A stretch of 64,000 bases of DNA from an uncultured Bacillota bacterium (GTDB taxonomy: Bacteria; Sysuimicrobiota; Sysuimicrobiia; Sysuimicrobiales; Segetimicrobiaceae). Below the pieces are notes generated by a model, which made no database searches, was not told the DNA's origin, and was given only the letters and a program-made list of their open reading frames with translations. The stretch covers positions 224,001 to 288,000 of the forward strand of contig CAWDRG010000019.1 in NCBI GenBank assembly GCA_963804645.1, in the 5' to 3' direction. Below are positions 31,325 to 41,662 of this stretch, one piece after another; position 1 is the stretch's first letter, and every line of letters begins with the position of its first letter. The translations under genes and the position numbers were made by a program.

Positions 31325-32200
31325 CCACCGTCGGCGCTGTACGTCAATCCCGGGAAGCTCGAGGAAAATCCCGAGGTCGCGCGGCTCGCGCGCGAGGCCG
31401 TGGGGATGCTGGTCGAGCGCGGCGTCGCCGTCCTCGTGAACGACGGCGCCGCCGCGCCGCTCGGGTTCCGGGACCTGGGGGTGCCGGAGACCGCGCTCGC
31501 CGCGCGCGCGGACGTGTTCGTCGTGTTCGGCGGGGACGGTACGATTCTGGCCGCGGCCCGCGAGGCGGCGCCGCGGGAGATCCCGCTCCTCGGCGTCAAC
31601 CTCGGCGCCTTCGGCTTTCTCGCCGAGGTCACGGATGCCGAGGTGAAGGACGCGCTCGAGCGGCTGCTTGCCGGCGACTATCATCTGGACGAGCGCATGA
31701 TGCTGCGGGCCGAGGTGCGGCGTGCGGACCGGCCGATCAAGGAATTCCTCGCGCTCAACGACATCGTCGTCACCAAGACCGGCTACGCGCGGCTGCTGCG
31801 GGTCCGCACCTACGTCAACGACAACCATCTCGCGACCCACCGCGCCGACGGCCTGATCGTGGCCACGCCGACAGGCTCGACAGCGTACTCGCTGTCGGCG
31901 GGCGGGCCGATCGTGCACCCGTCCGTGCCGGCGATGGTCGTGACGCCGATCTGCCCGCACACGCTGAACGCGCGCGCGGTCGTGATCTCGGCCGACGACG
32001 TCGTCGCGGTGCGGCTCGATCCCGGCGGCGCGCCGCCGCCGCCGGCGATCCTGACCGTCGATGGGCAGGAGGGATTTCCGCTGGCCGACGACGATGAGGT
32101 GCGCGTGAGGCGCTCGCCCTACCGGGCGCGCCTGATCCGGTTCGGCGGAGAAGGGTTTTACACGGTGCTTCGGTCCAAGCTGTGGTGGGGGGCGCGCTGA
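31321..32200 (+). CDS. nadK: NAD kinase, +1 frameshift just after the start as assembled
   Basis: [36 protein letters not shown] 31321 couples to the tlyA stop but needs one base removed near 31336. Confidence 0.93.
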
Positions 32201-32237
32201 GGGCTCGCGGGCGCCGACGGAGGAGGGGACGCAGCTG

Positions 32238-33960
32238 ATGACGCAGTCGCAGACCAAGTACGTGTTCGTGACGGGGGGCGTCACCTCGGCCCTCGGTAAA
32301 GGGATCACCTCCGCCTCGCTCGGGCGCCTCCTCAAGAGCCGCGGGTGGAAGGTTACGCTGCTCAAGTTCGACCCCTACGTGAACGTGGACGCGGGCACGA
32401 TGAACCCGTTTCAGCACGGCGAGGTGTTCGTCACCGACGATGGGGCGGAGACGGACATGGATCTCGGCACCTACGAGCGGTTCATCGACCAGAACTTGTG
32501 CCGCGACAACAATACGACGACCGGCAAGATCTACGGGGCGGTGATCGCCCGGGAGCGGCGCGGCGAGTACCTCGGCGGCACCGTCCAGGTGATCCCCCAC
32601 GTTACGAACGAGATTCGCGACGAGATCCTCCGCGTCGCCCGCGAGTCCGGGGCCGAGATCGTGGTGGTCGAGGTCGGGGGGACAGTCGGTGACATCGAGA
32701 GCCTGCCGTTTCTCGAGGCGATCCGGCAGTTTCGGCGGTATGTCGGCGAGGAGCACGTGATGTATGTGCACGTGTCGCTGATTCCCTATCTGCGCGGGGC
32801 CGGGGAGCTCAAGACGAAGCCGACCCAGCACAGCGTGAAGGAATTGCGCAGCATCGGGATCCACCCCGACGTGATCGTGTGCCGGACCGAGCGGCCGCTC
32901 GGCCGGAGCGTGCGCGAGAAGCTGGCGCTGTTCTGCGACGTGGCGCGCGGACGCCGTGATCCAGGCGATCGACGCGCCGAGCATCTACGAGGTGCCGCTG
33001 ATCCTGGAGGAGGAGGGGCTCGCGCGCCAGGTGGAGCGACGGCTGCATCTGCCGGTGCGCCAGCCGGACCTCGCGGAGTGGCGGCGGCTCGTGGAGCGGG
33101 TCCTGCATCCGGAGGCGACCGTCCGGATCGCGCTCGTCGGCAAGTACATGGGCAACGAGGATTCGTACGTCAGCATCGAGGAAGCCCTCCGGCACGGCGG
33201 CATCGCGTCGGGGTGCCGGGTGCGCATCGTCAAGCTCGACTCCGAGGAGCTGGAGGCGCTCGACGCCGACGCCGTCGCCGCGGCCCTCGCCGAGTGCGAC
33301 GGCATCCTCGTGTGCCCTGGGTTCGGCGCGCGGGGCGTCGAGGGGAAGGTCAAGGCCGTCCGGTACGCGAGGGAGCACCGCGTGCCGTTCTTCGGGGTCT
33401 GCTACGGCATGCAGTGGGCCGTGGTCGAGTTCGCCCGGCACGTCTGCGGCCTCGAGGGCGCCAACACCACCGAGGTCGACCCGGATACCCCTCATCCGGT
33501 GATCGCGCTGCTGCCGGAGCAGCAGGGCGTGACCGACAAGGGCGGGACGATGCGGCTCGGCCTGTACCCCTGCCGCCTCGCGCCGGGTTCGCTCGCGCAG
33601 CGGGCGTACGGCGAGGGCGAGGTACGGGAGCGCCACCGCCACCGCTTCGAGGTCAACAACGACTATCTGGCGGTGCTGACGCGGCACGGCATGCGGGTGA
33701 CGGGGCTGTATCCCGACCGGCAGCTGGTCGAGATCGTGGAGCTCGCGGACCATCCGTGGTTCCTGGGGACCCAGTTCCACGCCGAGTATCGGTCGCGGCC
33801 GAACCGGCCGCACCCGCTCTACCGCGATTTTATCGCGGCGGCGCTGCGGCACGCCCGGTCCGCCTCCGCCGAGCCGGAACGGGCGTCGCCCGCGCTGGCG
33901 CAGAACGGCGACGCGGTGGCGGCCGCCGCTCCGGAAGAAGAGCCGGTCGGCGGCGCGTGA
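32238..33960 (+). CDS. pyrG: CTP synthase, +1 frameshift near 32948 as assembled
   Basis: [11 protein letters not shown] and KTKPTQHSV in the first frame; GATase [22 protein letters not shown] in the second. Confidence 0.96.
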
Positions 33961-34036
33961 CCGGGGAGGAGGCGTCGGACCCCGGTACGAATTAAACGGG
34001 TTACGAACGCACGAAGTGAATCGGGAGGGAGCGGCG

Positions 34037-34939
34037 ATGGCGAGCGTCGTGTACGTGAACGGTCGGTTCGTGACGAAGGACGAGGCCACGGTGTCGGTGT
34101 ACGATCACGGGTTCCTCTACGGCGACGGCGTGTTCGAGGGGATCCGAGCGTACAACGGCCGCGTGTTCAAGCTCCGGGAGCACGTCGACCGGCTGTTCGA
34201 CTCCGCCCACACGCTCCAGCTGAAGATTCCGATGTCCCGCGAGCAGATGGCGGACGCGATCGTCGAGACCGTCCGGCGCACGGGATTTCGCGACGCGTAC
34301 ATCCGCCCCGTGATCTCGCGCGGCCGCGGCGACCTCGGCATCGATCCCAAGAAGTGCCCGGCGCCGTCGGTGATCATCATCGTCGATACGATCCAGCTGT
34401 ATCCCGAGGAGGCCTACCAGCGCGGCCTGCGCCTCGTCACCACGTCGACGCGGATGCGCGCGGCGGACGTGCTCAATCCGCGGATCAAGACGTGCAATTA
34501 CCTGAGCAACATCATGGGCCGGCTCGAGGTGAACCTCGCCGGGGCCGACGAGGGGCTGATGCTGACGGCCTCGGGCCACGTCGCCGAGTGCACCGCCGAC
34601 AACATCTTCGTCGTGCGGCGCGGCCGCGTGGCGACGCCCCCGGTTTACCTCGGGATCCTCGAGGGCGTCACCCGCCAGACGGTGCTCGACCTGTGCGACA
34701 CCCTCGGCCTGCCGGCGGTGGAGCAGGTGATGTCGCTCCACGATGTCTACACCTCCGACGAGTGCTTCCTGACCGGCACCGGGGCGGAGCTCGGACCGGT
34801 GGTGCAGGTCGACGGCCGCGCGATCGGCACCGGCAAACCCGGGCCGATCACAAACCGGATCCTCAAGGCGTTCCGCGAGTACGCCGCGCGCGAAGGCACG
34901 CCGGTGTACGCGGCCGAGGGAGCGCCAGCGGGGGAGTGA
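34037..34939 (+). CDS. ilvE: Branched-chain amino acid aminotransferase
   Basis: DHGFLYGDGVFEGIRAY; IKTCNY; ILEGVTR; FLTGTGAE. Confidence 0.93.
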   Translation: MASVVYVNGRFVTKDEATVSVYDHGFLYGDGVFEGIRAYNGRVFKLREHVDRLFDSAHTLQLKIPMSREQMADAIVETVRRTGFRDAYIRPVISRGRGDLGIDPKKCPAPSVIIIVDTIQLYPEEAYQRGLRLVTTSTRMRAADVLNPRIKTCNYLSNIMGRLEVNLAGADEGLMLTASGHVAECTADNIFVVRRGRVATPPVYLGILEGVTRQTVLDLCDTLGLPAVEQVMSLHDVYTSDECFLTGTGAELGPVVQVDGRAIGTGKPGPITNRILKAFREYAAREGTPVYAAEGAPAGE

Positions 34940-35469
34940 CGTACCGCCTGGTCGAGAGCCGCCGCGTCTTCGACGGCAAGGTCGTCGGGGTGCGGCTCGA
35001 CGAGGTGGAGTCACCGAGCGGGGCGCGGTTTACCGCCGAGATCGTCGAGCACCGCGGCGCCGTGGCGATCGTGCCGGTGACGGCGGACGGACAGGTGCTG
35101 CTCGTGCGCCAATACCGGCTTCCGGTCGGGCGCGACCTGCTCGAGGTTCCTGCCGGGACGATCGAACCCGGAGAGGCGCCGGATGTGTGCGCGCGCCGCG
35201 AACTGGCCGAGGAAGTGGGACAGGCCGCGGCGCGGTGGGACCACCTGCTGTCGTTCTTCCCGTCCCCCGGCATCCTGACCGAGGTCATGTACGTGTACCT
35301 GGCCCGGGACCTGACCCCGCGGCCCGTGCCCCGCGAGGAAGAGGATCTTCGGATCGTGCCAACGCCGCTCGATGACGTGCGCCGCCGCATCGCGTCCGGG
35401 GAGATCTGCGACGCGAAGTCGATCATCGGCCTCCACGCCGCGTGCGAGCGGCTCGGCCTCGCGCCCTAG
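34936..35469 (+). CDS. nudF: NUDIX hydrolase (ADP-ribose pyrophosphatase-like)
   Basis: LVRQYR; Nudix box PAGTIEPGEAPDVCARRELAEEVG; DAKSIIG. Confidence 0.9.
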   Translation: MTYRLVESRRVFDGKVVGVRLDEVESPSGARFTAEIVEHRGAVAIVPVTADGQVLLVRQYRLPVGRDLLEVPAGTIEPGEAPDVCARRELAEEVGQAAARWDHLLSFFPSPGILTEVMYVYLARDLTPRPVPREEEDLRIVPTPLDDVRRRIASGEICDAKSIIGLHAACERLGLAP

Positions 35470-35497
35470 CGGGGGCGCACCCATCCGGGACTGATCG

Positions 35498-36682
35498 ATG
35501 CCCCCGTTTGAGCGGGTCGTCGTGATCGTGCTCGACAGCTGCGGCGTCGGCGACGCCCCCGATGCCGCACAGTACGGCGATCTCGGCGCGAGCACCCTCC
35601 CCCACGTCGCCCGCGCCTGCGGCGGCCTCCGCCTGCCCGTGATGGGGCGGCTCGGGTTGGGCCGCATCGCGGCGATCGACGGCATCCCTCCGGCGGCGGC
35701 GCCGACGGGTGCCTTCGGGAGGATGATCGAGATCGCCGCGGGCAAGGACAGCACCACCGGGCACTGGGAGCTGATGGGCCTGCCGCTCGCCGTGCCGTTC
35801 CCGACCTACCCCAAGGGATTTCCGCCCGACGTGATCGCGGCCTTCGAATCCCGGATCGGCCGCCGGGTCCTCGGGAACCGCCCCGCGTCGGGAACCCAGA
35901 TCATCGCGGAACTCGGGGAAGAGCACCTGCGCACGGGGCGCCCCATCGTGTACACCTCCGCCGACAGCGTCTTCCAGGTCGCCGCGCACGAATCGGTGAT
36001 TCCGGTCGACGAGCTGTACCGGGAGTGCCAGATCGCCCGGGACGAGGTGCTGGTCGGGTCCCACGCCGTCAGCCGCGTGATCGCCCGGCCGTTTGTCGGA
36101 GAACCCGGGCGGTTCGTGCGGACCGACCGGCGGCGGGACTTCTCCGTGCCGCCGCCCGAGCCGACGGTCCTCGACCGCCTCCAGGCCGCCGGCATCGAGG
36201 TCGTCGCGATCGGGAAGATCGCGGACCTGTTCGCCGGCCGCGGCATCACCGGGACCGTGCACACGCACAACGACCTGGACGGCCTGCTCGAGACCGCGGG
36301 TGCCTTGGAGCGCGGCCGCCGGGGTCTCATCTTCACCAACCTGGTCGATCTTGACACGCTGTACGGCCACCGGAACGATCCCCGCGGGTACGGGACCGAT
36401 CTCGAAGCGATCGATGCGGTGCTCGGGCCGATCGTCGACAGCCTCGGTCCGACCGATCTGGTCATCTTGACGGCCGATCACGGAAACGATCCCACCACCT
36501 CCGGCACCGACCACACGCGAGAGATGGTCCCCTTGCTCATCGGCGGGCCGCGGGTCCGGGGCGGCACCGACCTCGGCGTGCGGACGACGTTCGCGGATGT
36601 CGGTGCCACCGTGGCCGAGGCGCTCGGCGCGGCGCCCCCGCGTGCGGGGACGAGCGTGCTCCGCCAGGTGACGACGCAGTGA
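35498..36682 (+). CDS. deoB: Phosphopentomutase
   Basis: [42 protein letters not shown]. Confidence 0.96.
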   Translation: MPPFERVVVIVLDSCGVGDAPDAAQYGDLGASTLPHVARACGGLRLPVMGRLGLGRIAAIDGIPPAAAPTGAFGRMIEIAAGKDSTTGHWELMGLPLAVPFPTYPKGFPPDVIAAFESRIGRRVLGNRPASGTQIIAELGEEHLRTGRPIVYTSADSVFQVAAHESVIPVDELYRECQIARDEVLVGSHAVSRVIARPFVGEPGRFVRTDRRRDFSVPPPEPTVLDRLQAAGIEVVAIGKIADLFAGRGITGTVHTHNDLDGLLETAGALERGRRGLIFTNLVDLDTLYGHRNDPRGYGTDLEAIDAVLGPIVDSLGPTDLVILTADHGNDPTTSGTDHTREMVPLLIGGPRVRGGTDLGVRTTFADVGATVAEALGAAPPRAGTSVLRQVTTQ

Positions 36683-36716
36683 CGCGGACGCGCGTCCGAT
36701 CTGCGGGGAGCGGGCC

Positions 36717-37562
36717 ATGACGCTGCGGGAGCGGCTGCGGGAGGCGGTTGCCGTCGTGCGCGCCAGGTCGGAGGGATTCCGGCCCGAGGTCGGGGTCATC
36801 TTGGGCAGCGGTCTGGGTGGTCTCGCCGACGTCGTGCACGCGCGCGCCGCGGTGCCGTACGCGGAGATCCCCCATTTTCCGGTGCCGACCGCCGAGGGGC
36901 ACCGAGGGCGGCTGATCCTCGGGACCCTCGAAGGACAGGCGGTCGCGGCACTCCAGGGCCGCTGCCACCTCTACGAGGGCCACTCGGCCGCTCACGTCGC
37001 GCTGCCGGTGCGCGTCCTCGCCGACCTCGGGGTGCGTACGCTGCTCGTCACCAACGCGGCGGGCGGCCTGAACCCTACGTTCAGAGCGGGCGACCTGATG
37101 ATCATCGAGGACCACATCAACTTCACCGGCACGAACCCGCTGGTCGGCGAGAACGATCCGGAGCTGGGTCCTCGGTTTCCGGACATGTCGGCGGCGTATG
37201 ATCTGGCGCTTCGCGAGGCCGCCCTCGCGGCCTCGCGCGAGGAGGGCGTCCCGCTCCGGTCAGGCGTGTACGTGGGGGTCTTGGGTCCGTCGTACGAGAC
37301 GCCGGCCGAGGTCGAGATGCTGTCGCGGTGGGGCGCCGACGCCGTCGGCATGTCGACGGTCACGGAGGTGATCGCCGCGCGGCACCGGGGCCTTTGGGTG
37401 TTGGGGATCGCCGCGATTACCAACTCCCTCGTGCGAGGAACCGGCCAGAAGGGCGCGGTGACGCACGCGGAGGTGCTGTCGGTCGCGTCTGAACTCGGGC
37501 CGCGATTCGTGCGGCTGGTGCGGCGAATCTTGCGCACCGTTCCGCGAGGGGACATCTGGTGA
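36717..37562 (+). CDS. punA: Purine-nucleoside phosphorylase (trimeric type)
   Basis: ILGSGLG; GRCHLYEG; TNAAGG; GPSYET; VGMSTV. Confidence 0.95.
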   Translation: MTLRERLREAVAVVRARSEGFRPEVGVILGSGLGGLADVVHARAAVPYAEIPHFPVPTAEGHRGRLILGTLEGQAVAALQGRCHLYEGHSAAHVALPVRVLADLGVRTLLVTNAAGGLNPTFRAGDLMIIEDHINFTGTNPLVGENDPELGPRFPDMSAAYDLALREAALAASREEGVPLRSGVYVGVLGPSYETPAEVEMLSRWGADAVGMSTVTEVIAARHRGLWVLGIAAITNSLVRGTGQKGAVTHAEVLSVASELGPRFVRLVRRILRTVPRGDIW

Positions 37563-37599
37563 CACTTGGCAGCCGCACCAGATCAGTTCCTGGTCGCAG

Positions 37600-37851
37600 C
37601 TACGTTTTTCGATAGACCTCGCGGCGGTGAGCGATGCGGAGTACGAGATATCCCTCTTCGGTTCGCGCGTAGATCACCCGATAGTCGCCAACCCTAAGCT
37701 TGAACAGGCCAGCAAACGGCCCGTGCAGCGCTTCTCCTCGGTGCCCCTCAGTACTCAGAGCGCGCTCGACTGACGCGAGCACTCGCGACGCCCTGGCCGT
37801 GTCAAGTCGTCGAAGATCCTTCTCAACTGACGCTTTGTACGTGATTACCAT
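37600..37851 (-). CDS. RelE/ParE family toxin
   Basis: KDLRRLD; LFKLRVGDYRVIY; IAHRREVY. Confidence 0.9.
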   Translation of the reverse strand: MVITYKASVEKDLRRLDTARASRVLASVERALSTEGHRGEALHGPFAGLFKLRVGDYRVIYARTEEGYLVLRIAHRREVYRKT

Positions 37852-38001
37852 GCAACGGCGTCGCCGGCTTCGTTCCCATTGACGCCGCGGTCACCCGAAT
37901 CTCGAGCTGCGCCCGCTGGGTACCGGCCTTCCGTCGCGTTCTCGGCGTCGCAACACGTCGGCACGACACTCAACCCTCGCATGTGATAGGGGAGGACGTT
38001 C

Positions 38002-38226
38002 CTACTTCTTACGAGCGATACGCGCCCGAAGGACGGTTGCAGAGACCACGGGGTCGTCCTTATCCCGCAGACGATCCAAGGCGATCTGATAGTCTGCATA
38101 ATCCGCAAGGTATGCCTCAATGGCACGGAGCACGATGTAGGTCTTCGGCCGGTCGGTGGCCGACGCAACGGTATCGAGCGCCTTCGCGGTAGCGTCGGGC
38201 AGACGAATCGAAATCGGAACAGACAC
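38002..38226 (-). CDS. Ribbon-helix-helix (RelB/CopG-like) antitoxin
   Basis: ISIRLPD...LD......RPKTYIV..AI..YL pattern; acidic/aromatic C-terminus; GGAGG RBS. Confidence 0.85.
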   Translation of the reverse strand: MSVPISIRLPDATAKALDTVASATDRPKTYIVLRAIEAYLADYADYQIALDRLRDKDDPVVSATVLRARIARKK

Positions 38227-38250
38227 AAGATCGCCTCCGATCGCATCATG

Positions 38251-38298
38251 TGTCTAACACGTAAGACAAGTATATCGAATTCACATCCCGCGCGTCAA
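38251..38298 (-). promoter_or_regulatory. TA promoter and palindromic operator
   Basis: Minus strand TTGACG-18 nt-TATACT, followed immediately by the imperfect palindrome TGTCTTACGTGTTAGACA (38268-38251). Confidence 0.75.
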
Positions 38299-38329
38299 CG
38301 GCTCCCGGAAGCACCGGCACGGCGCCGGG

Positions 38330-39421
38330 TCAGAGCGGAAAGCACAACGCGAGCCAATCAGGGGGCGGGCCGAGCTGCGCTGTCAGCGCCGCCCATTCGA
38401 CGGCCAGGCGTGCCGCCAACTGGTACGTCGTCGCGGCGGTGCTCGGCTGCCAGACTCCAGCGAAGCCCGGGACGCCCACCGCCGCGCGAGTCTTGTCGAA
38501 CGCGATCGTTGTGTGGACGAACTCCTCGTGCGTCTCGTCGCCGCGGGCGTAGGGCTCGAGCCACCGCAGCGCCGCGGCCAGCGACGCCCCGCTGCGGCCC
38601 GCGGTCGTATACCAGTCGAGCCCGTGCGCGCGCGCGGCGAGGGCCGCCGTGAGGAGCGGCTCGAGGTCGTACGTGACGTAGTGCAGTGCGTCCCGCTGCC
38701 CGAAGTCCACCGGCGCCCCGTCGGCGCGCAGGTTCCAATCCAGCTGCGTCTGAAACGCGCGGGCGGCGTCCGCGATCAGCTCGGGGTCGCCCAGCGCAAA
38801 GGCTGCGAGGGTAATCAACTTCACCCGGTGGCTCTGCCAGTTGTTGAAGGTATTCAGATGCTGCGGGTCGGGATGGACGCCGAGGTAGCCGACCGCGAGC
38901 GCGCGCAGGAGCGCGGTCATCTGTCCGCGCGTGGCATCCGGCAGCCGCGCGCCCACAAGGTCGTATCCGAGAATCATGCCATCGAGGTTCGTTTCGTCGA
39001 TGGGATCGAGGCTGACCCGGTACACTGCGAGCCACGCCTGGAAGTAGCGGGCCGCGGCACGCGCGTAGGCATCGTCTCCCGTCAGCGCGTACGCGAGCCC
39101 GAGATCGCGCATCGCGGGCCAGTCCCGTTCGGCGACCTCGCTGTCGTCGTAGATCCCCTGATGCGGCAGCGTCCCTTCGACGTGGACGCGCGGCACGGCG
39201 TCGGGGACGCGTGCGGCGGCGCGATCCGCGGCCCGGATCGTCTGCTGCGCCGCGGTGGTCGTCCGCGCACCCGGGAGCGCGTCGGCGGTCGTGGGCGCGA
39301 TCAGGGCAAAGGGCGGGGATCCCGGCACGTCCGCCGGAGTTTGCGATGCCGCCAGCAGCACGACGGCGAGCGCCGCGAGCGGCCACGCGCGGCCCGCGTC
39401 AATGCGGCGTGCCGGTCGCAC
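38330..39421 (-). CDS. Secreted alginate lyase-family protein
   Basis: Signal peptide; LAYALTGD..YA..A; NNWQSH; DFGQRDALHYVTYDL. GTG follows GGAGG. Confidence 0.8.
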   Translation of the reverse strand: MRPARRIDAGRAWPLAALAVVLLAASQTPADVPGSPPFALIAPTTADALPGARTTTAAQQTIRAADRAAARVPDAVPRVHVEGTLPHQGIYDDSEVAERDWPAMRDLGLAYALTGDDAYARAAARYFQAWLAVYRVSLDPIDETNLDGMILGYDLVGARLPDATRGQMTALLRALAVGYLGVHPDPQHLNTFNNWQSHRVKLITLAAFALGDPELIADAARAFQTQLDWNLRADGAPVDFGQRDALHYVTYDLEPLLTAALAARAHGLDWYTTAGRSGASLAAALRWLEPYARGDETHEEFVHTTIAFDKTRAAVGVPGFAGVWQPSTAATTYQLAARLAVEWAALTAQLGPPPDWLALCFPL

Positions 39422-39444
39422 CGGGAGCCACCTCCAGCGCCGTG

Positions 39445-39876
39445 CTAGCGCGTCGTGCCCGTCGACCGCATGCGCGCGGCGATCGTCCGAAAGTCCGCGG
39501 CCGGGATCTCGAGAAACCCGAACCGGAACGGCGCGCCCCACCGTGCCTTGTTCTTGATGAAGGACAGACGCGCGATGAGGGGACGGATGCTGACCTCCGC
39601 GGCCCGCTCGTACCGGACCCGTCGCCGGTAGGGCTGAAACCCGGGCGACTGCTCGACCTGGATGGGTTCGGCGTCGAGGACCCGTCCGATCGCCGTGAAC
39701 TGCTGACAGAGCGTCGGTCCATCGTACGTTTCCTTGCCCGAATAGTAGATCACCCAGTCGCCTTTCGAGAGCCGCTTGGCCGGGCCAAGATTCCCATGGC
39801 CGAACTGCGCGAAGCCGCCCCGCCGCCCGAGCCGCACGTGCTCCCTGGACGCGACCCCGATCCAGTAGCGCGTCAT
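39445..39876 (-). CDS. EVE domain protein (YdcG-like)
   Basis: YWIGVASREHV; GDWVIYYS; FTAIG; FRFGFLEIP..DF..I. Confidence 0.88.
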   Translation of the reverse strand: MTRYWIGVASREHVRLGRRGGFAQFGHGNLGPAKRLSKGDWVIYYSGKETYDGPTLCQQFTAIGRVLDAEPIQVEQSPGFQPYRRRVRYERAAEVSIRPLIARLSFIKNKARWGAPFRFGFLEIPAADFRTIAARMRSTGTTR

Positions 39877-40106
39877 GCCCGATCGCCCCCGCCGCGGTGT
39901 GTCACCACGTGTCAGTCTACGTTTTCAACATCCTGCCATTCGGTCAACTGCGCACGAGCATCCGCCGGCGCTGGTGAACTCCTCGCCTTACTGGGATTCG
40001 TTCGGCGAGCGTCCCGTTATCCTCCCGTCGCCGCGCCATGCGCCCCTCCCGTGCCCGCACGGTGAGGGAACATGCGGCGCCGCCCACCGACGAGCCGTTC
40101 GTTCGG

Positions 40107-41483
40107 CTACTTCTTCTTGCAACTGCCGCTCGTCGCATCCCACGTGTCTTTGGCTCCACACGTTGTCTCCACCCACTTGACTGCCCCGGTCGGCAGGGTG
40201 ATGACGAGATGCCGGGAACTCTTGTTGTTGTCGGTCAGCATGTGGACCTTCGGGTCGGTATTGATCCCCACAAATTTGCCGCTTCCCTTGACCCCGTCGT
40301 CCTTGATCAGATCGGCGGACCCCTGCATCGTCACTGACGAGAAAACGGGCCATTCTCCCGCACCCTTGGTGTCATCTTCGATGATGAATTCCGCCTGCCA
40401 GCCGAGCTTGCCGTTGCCCAGGTCGCTGGCAATGAGCTTGTAGGACGGGCAGTCTGAGCTTGCGGCCTTGTCGCACTCCCATTGTGTGTGTCGGGTGATG
40501 TCGACCATGTTCGTGCACTCGTAGCCACCGGTCAGATCCAAGCCTCCCTTGGCGTTGCAATACCACTCCTCGAGGGAAATGCGGTCGCCGGGCACCGGAG
40601 TGAATCGTGTTCCCGCGGTGTCGATTCCCTTGTTGCTGTGAGGGTCAAACGATTGGCGGTGAATCGCAAAGGACGCGGCCGTCGCCGTCGAATTGACATC
40701 GATGACGGCTTGGAACACATTGTCGAGCCCGTTCCATATCGTCATCGCGGCCGTGGGCCCGGGCGTGACCTTTGGGACCACGACGGTCGCCGAACTCGCC
40801 CCGTAACTGATGGTCTCAGCGGCCGTCGCCTTCTTTTGGAAGGAACCTTGAAGGATGACCCCGGTCCAGCCGGACGACGGGCTCTTGTAGACGTTCGCGT
40901 TCAACACGGGGGCCTGCAACGTTCGGTCGGTACGGAGCTTGTACACCGGCACGCTCGCCGCGGCCAGCCACTGTTGGTACGCGTCCGGATTCGCTGTCGG
41001 ATCGGGGCGCAGTCCGTAGCCTGCCTGGACCAGCGCGTCCTGCGTGAAGCGACGCGGGTCGCCGGTCAGTGCTGGCCGTACCGCCAGCGCCGCGCGCGGG
41101 GCGTCAAACGGACGCGGTGTGAACGTCGCCTCCGAGCGAAGATCGACGACATAGGTGGTGGTCCGGTTGGTGACGCCGGTGCAATCGAGCGCCAACCGCT
41201 CGACGCTGTGCGGCAGCGTTGGACGCACCGCGAGAAAGCGGGCCACGCCATCCTCATCGGCATTGACGCGGATGGACTCCGTCGGGTCCGGGTTCCCTTC
41301 GGGGTGAAGGATGCAGTTGCTGCCCGCGGGGACGGCGACCGACGCCGGTTCAAATTGCGCCTGCCCGTCCGGGCGTTGCGGCGGCGTGCTGTGCGACGAC
41401 GCGTCAGGGGACCCCAGCAGACCCAAGATCATCACGATTGCGCACACTGCGCCGTAGCGACTCGAGGGACCGTAGCGTGCCAT
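40107..41483 (-). CDS. Secreted protein, probable divergent G1 (eqolisin-like) glutamic peptidase with propeptide
   Basis: Signal peptide; GYGLRPDP...YQQW; SSGWTG; IWNGLD..FQA; PGDRI; QAEFIIED; FSSV. Confidence 0.6.
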   Translation of the reverse strand: MARYGPSSRYGAVCAIVMILGLLGSPDASSHSTPPQRPDGQAQFEPASVAVPAGSNCILHPEGNPDPTESIRVNADEDGVARFLAVRPTLPHSVERLALDCTGVTNRTTTYVVDLRSEATFTPRPFDAPRAALAVRPALTGDPRRFTQDALVQAGYGLRPDPTANPDAYQQWLAAASVPVYKLRTDRTLQAPVLNANVYKSPSSGWTGVILQGSFQKKATAAETISYGASSATVVVPKVTPGPTAAMTIWNGLDNVFQAVIDVNSTATAASFAIHRQSFDPHSNKGIDTAGTRFTPVPGDRISLEEWYCNAKGGLDLTGGYECTNMVDITRHTQWECDKAASSDCPSYKLIASDLGNGKLGWQAEFIIEDDTKGAGEWPVFSSVTMQGSADLIKDDGVKGSGKFVGINTDPKVHMLTDNNKSSRHLVITLPTGAVKWVETTCGAKDTWDATSGSCKKK

Positions 41484-41662
41484 CGCGCGCCTCCTGTACG
41501 TCGGAATCTCCCGGCAGACTCCAGAACGCGCCCCGTCTCTGCAGCGGGGACCTCTCTCGCTCTAATGTCAGAGTATACCTCCGCGTGGCCCCGTCTACCG
41601 CCGCGGCGGCAGGGTTTGCCGCGGGACGGGGCCAACTTCTGCCGGACATGGGCGCGGGGACG

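Noticed and set aside
32238..33995. 585-aa CTP synthase with a novel C-terminus, or split pyrG
   Set aside because: Artefact of the +1 shift near 32948; the normal GATase domain is in the next frame.
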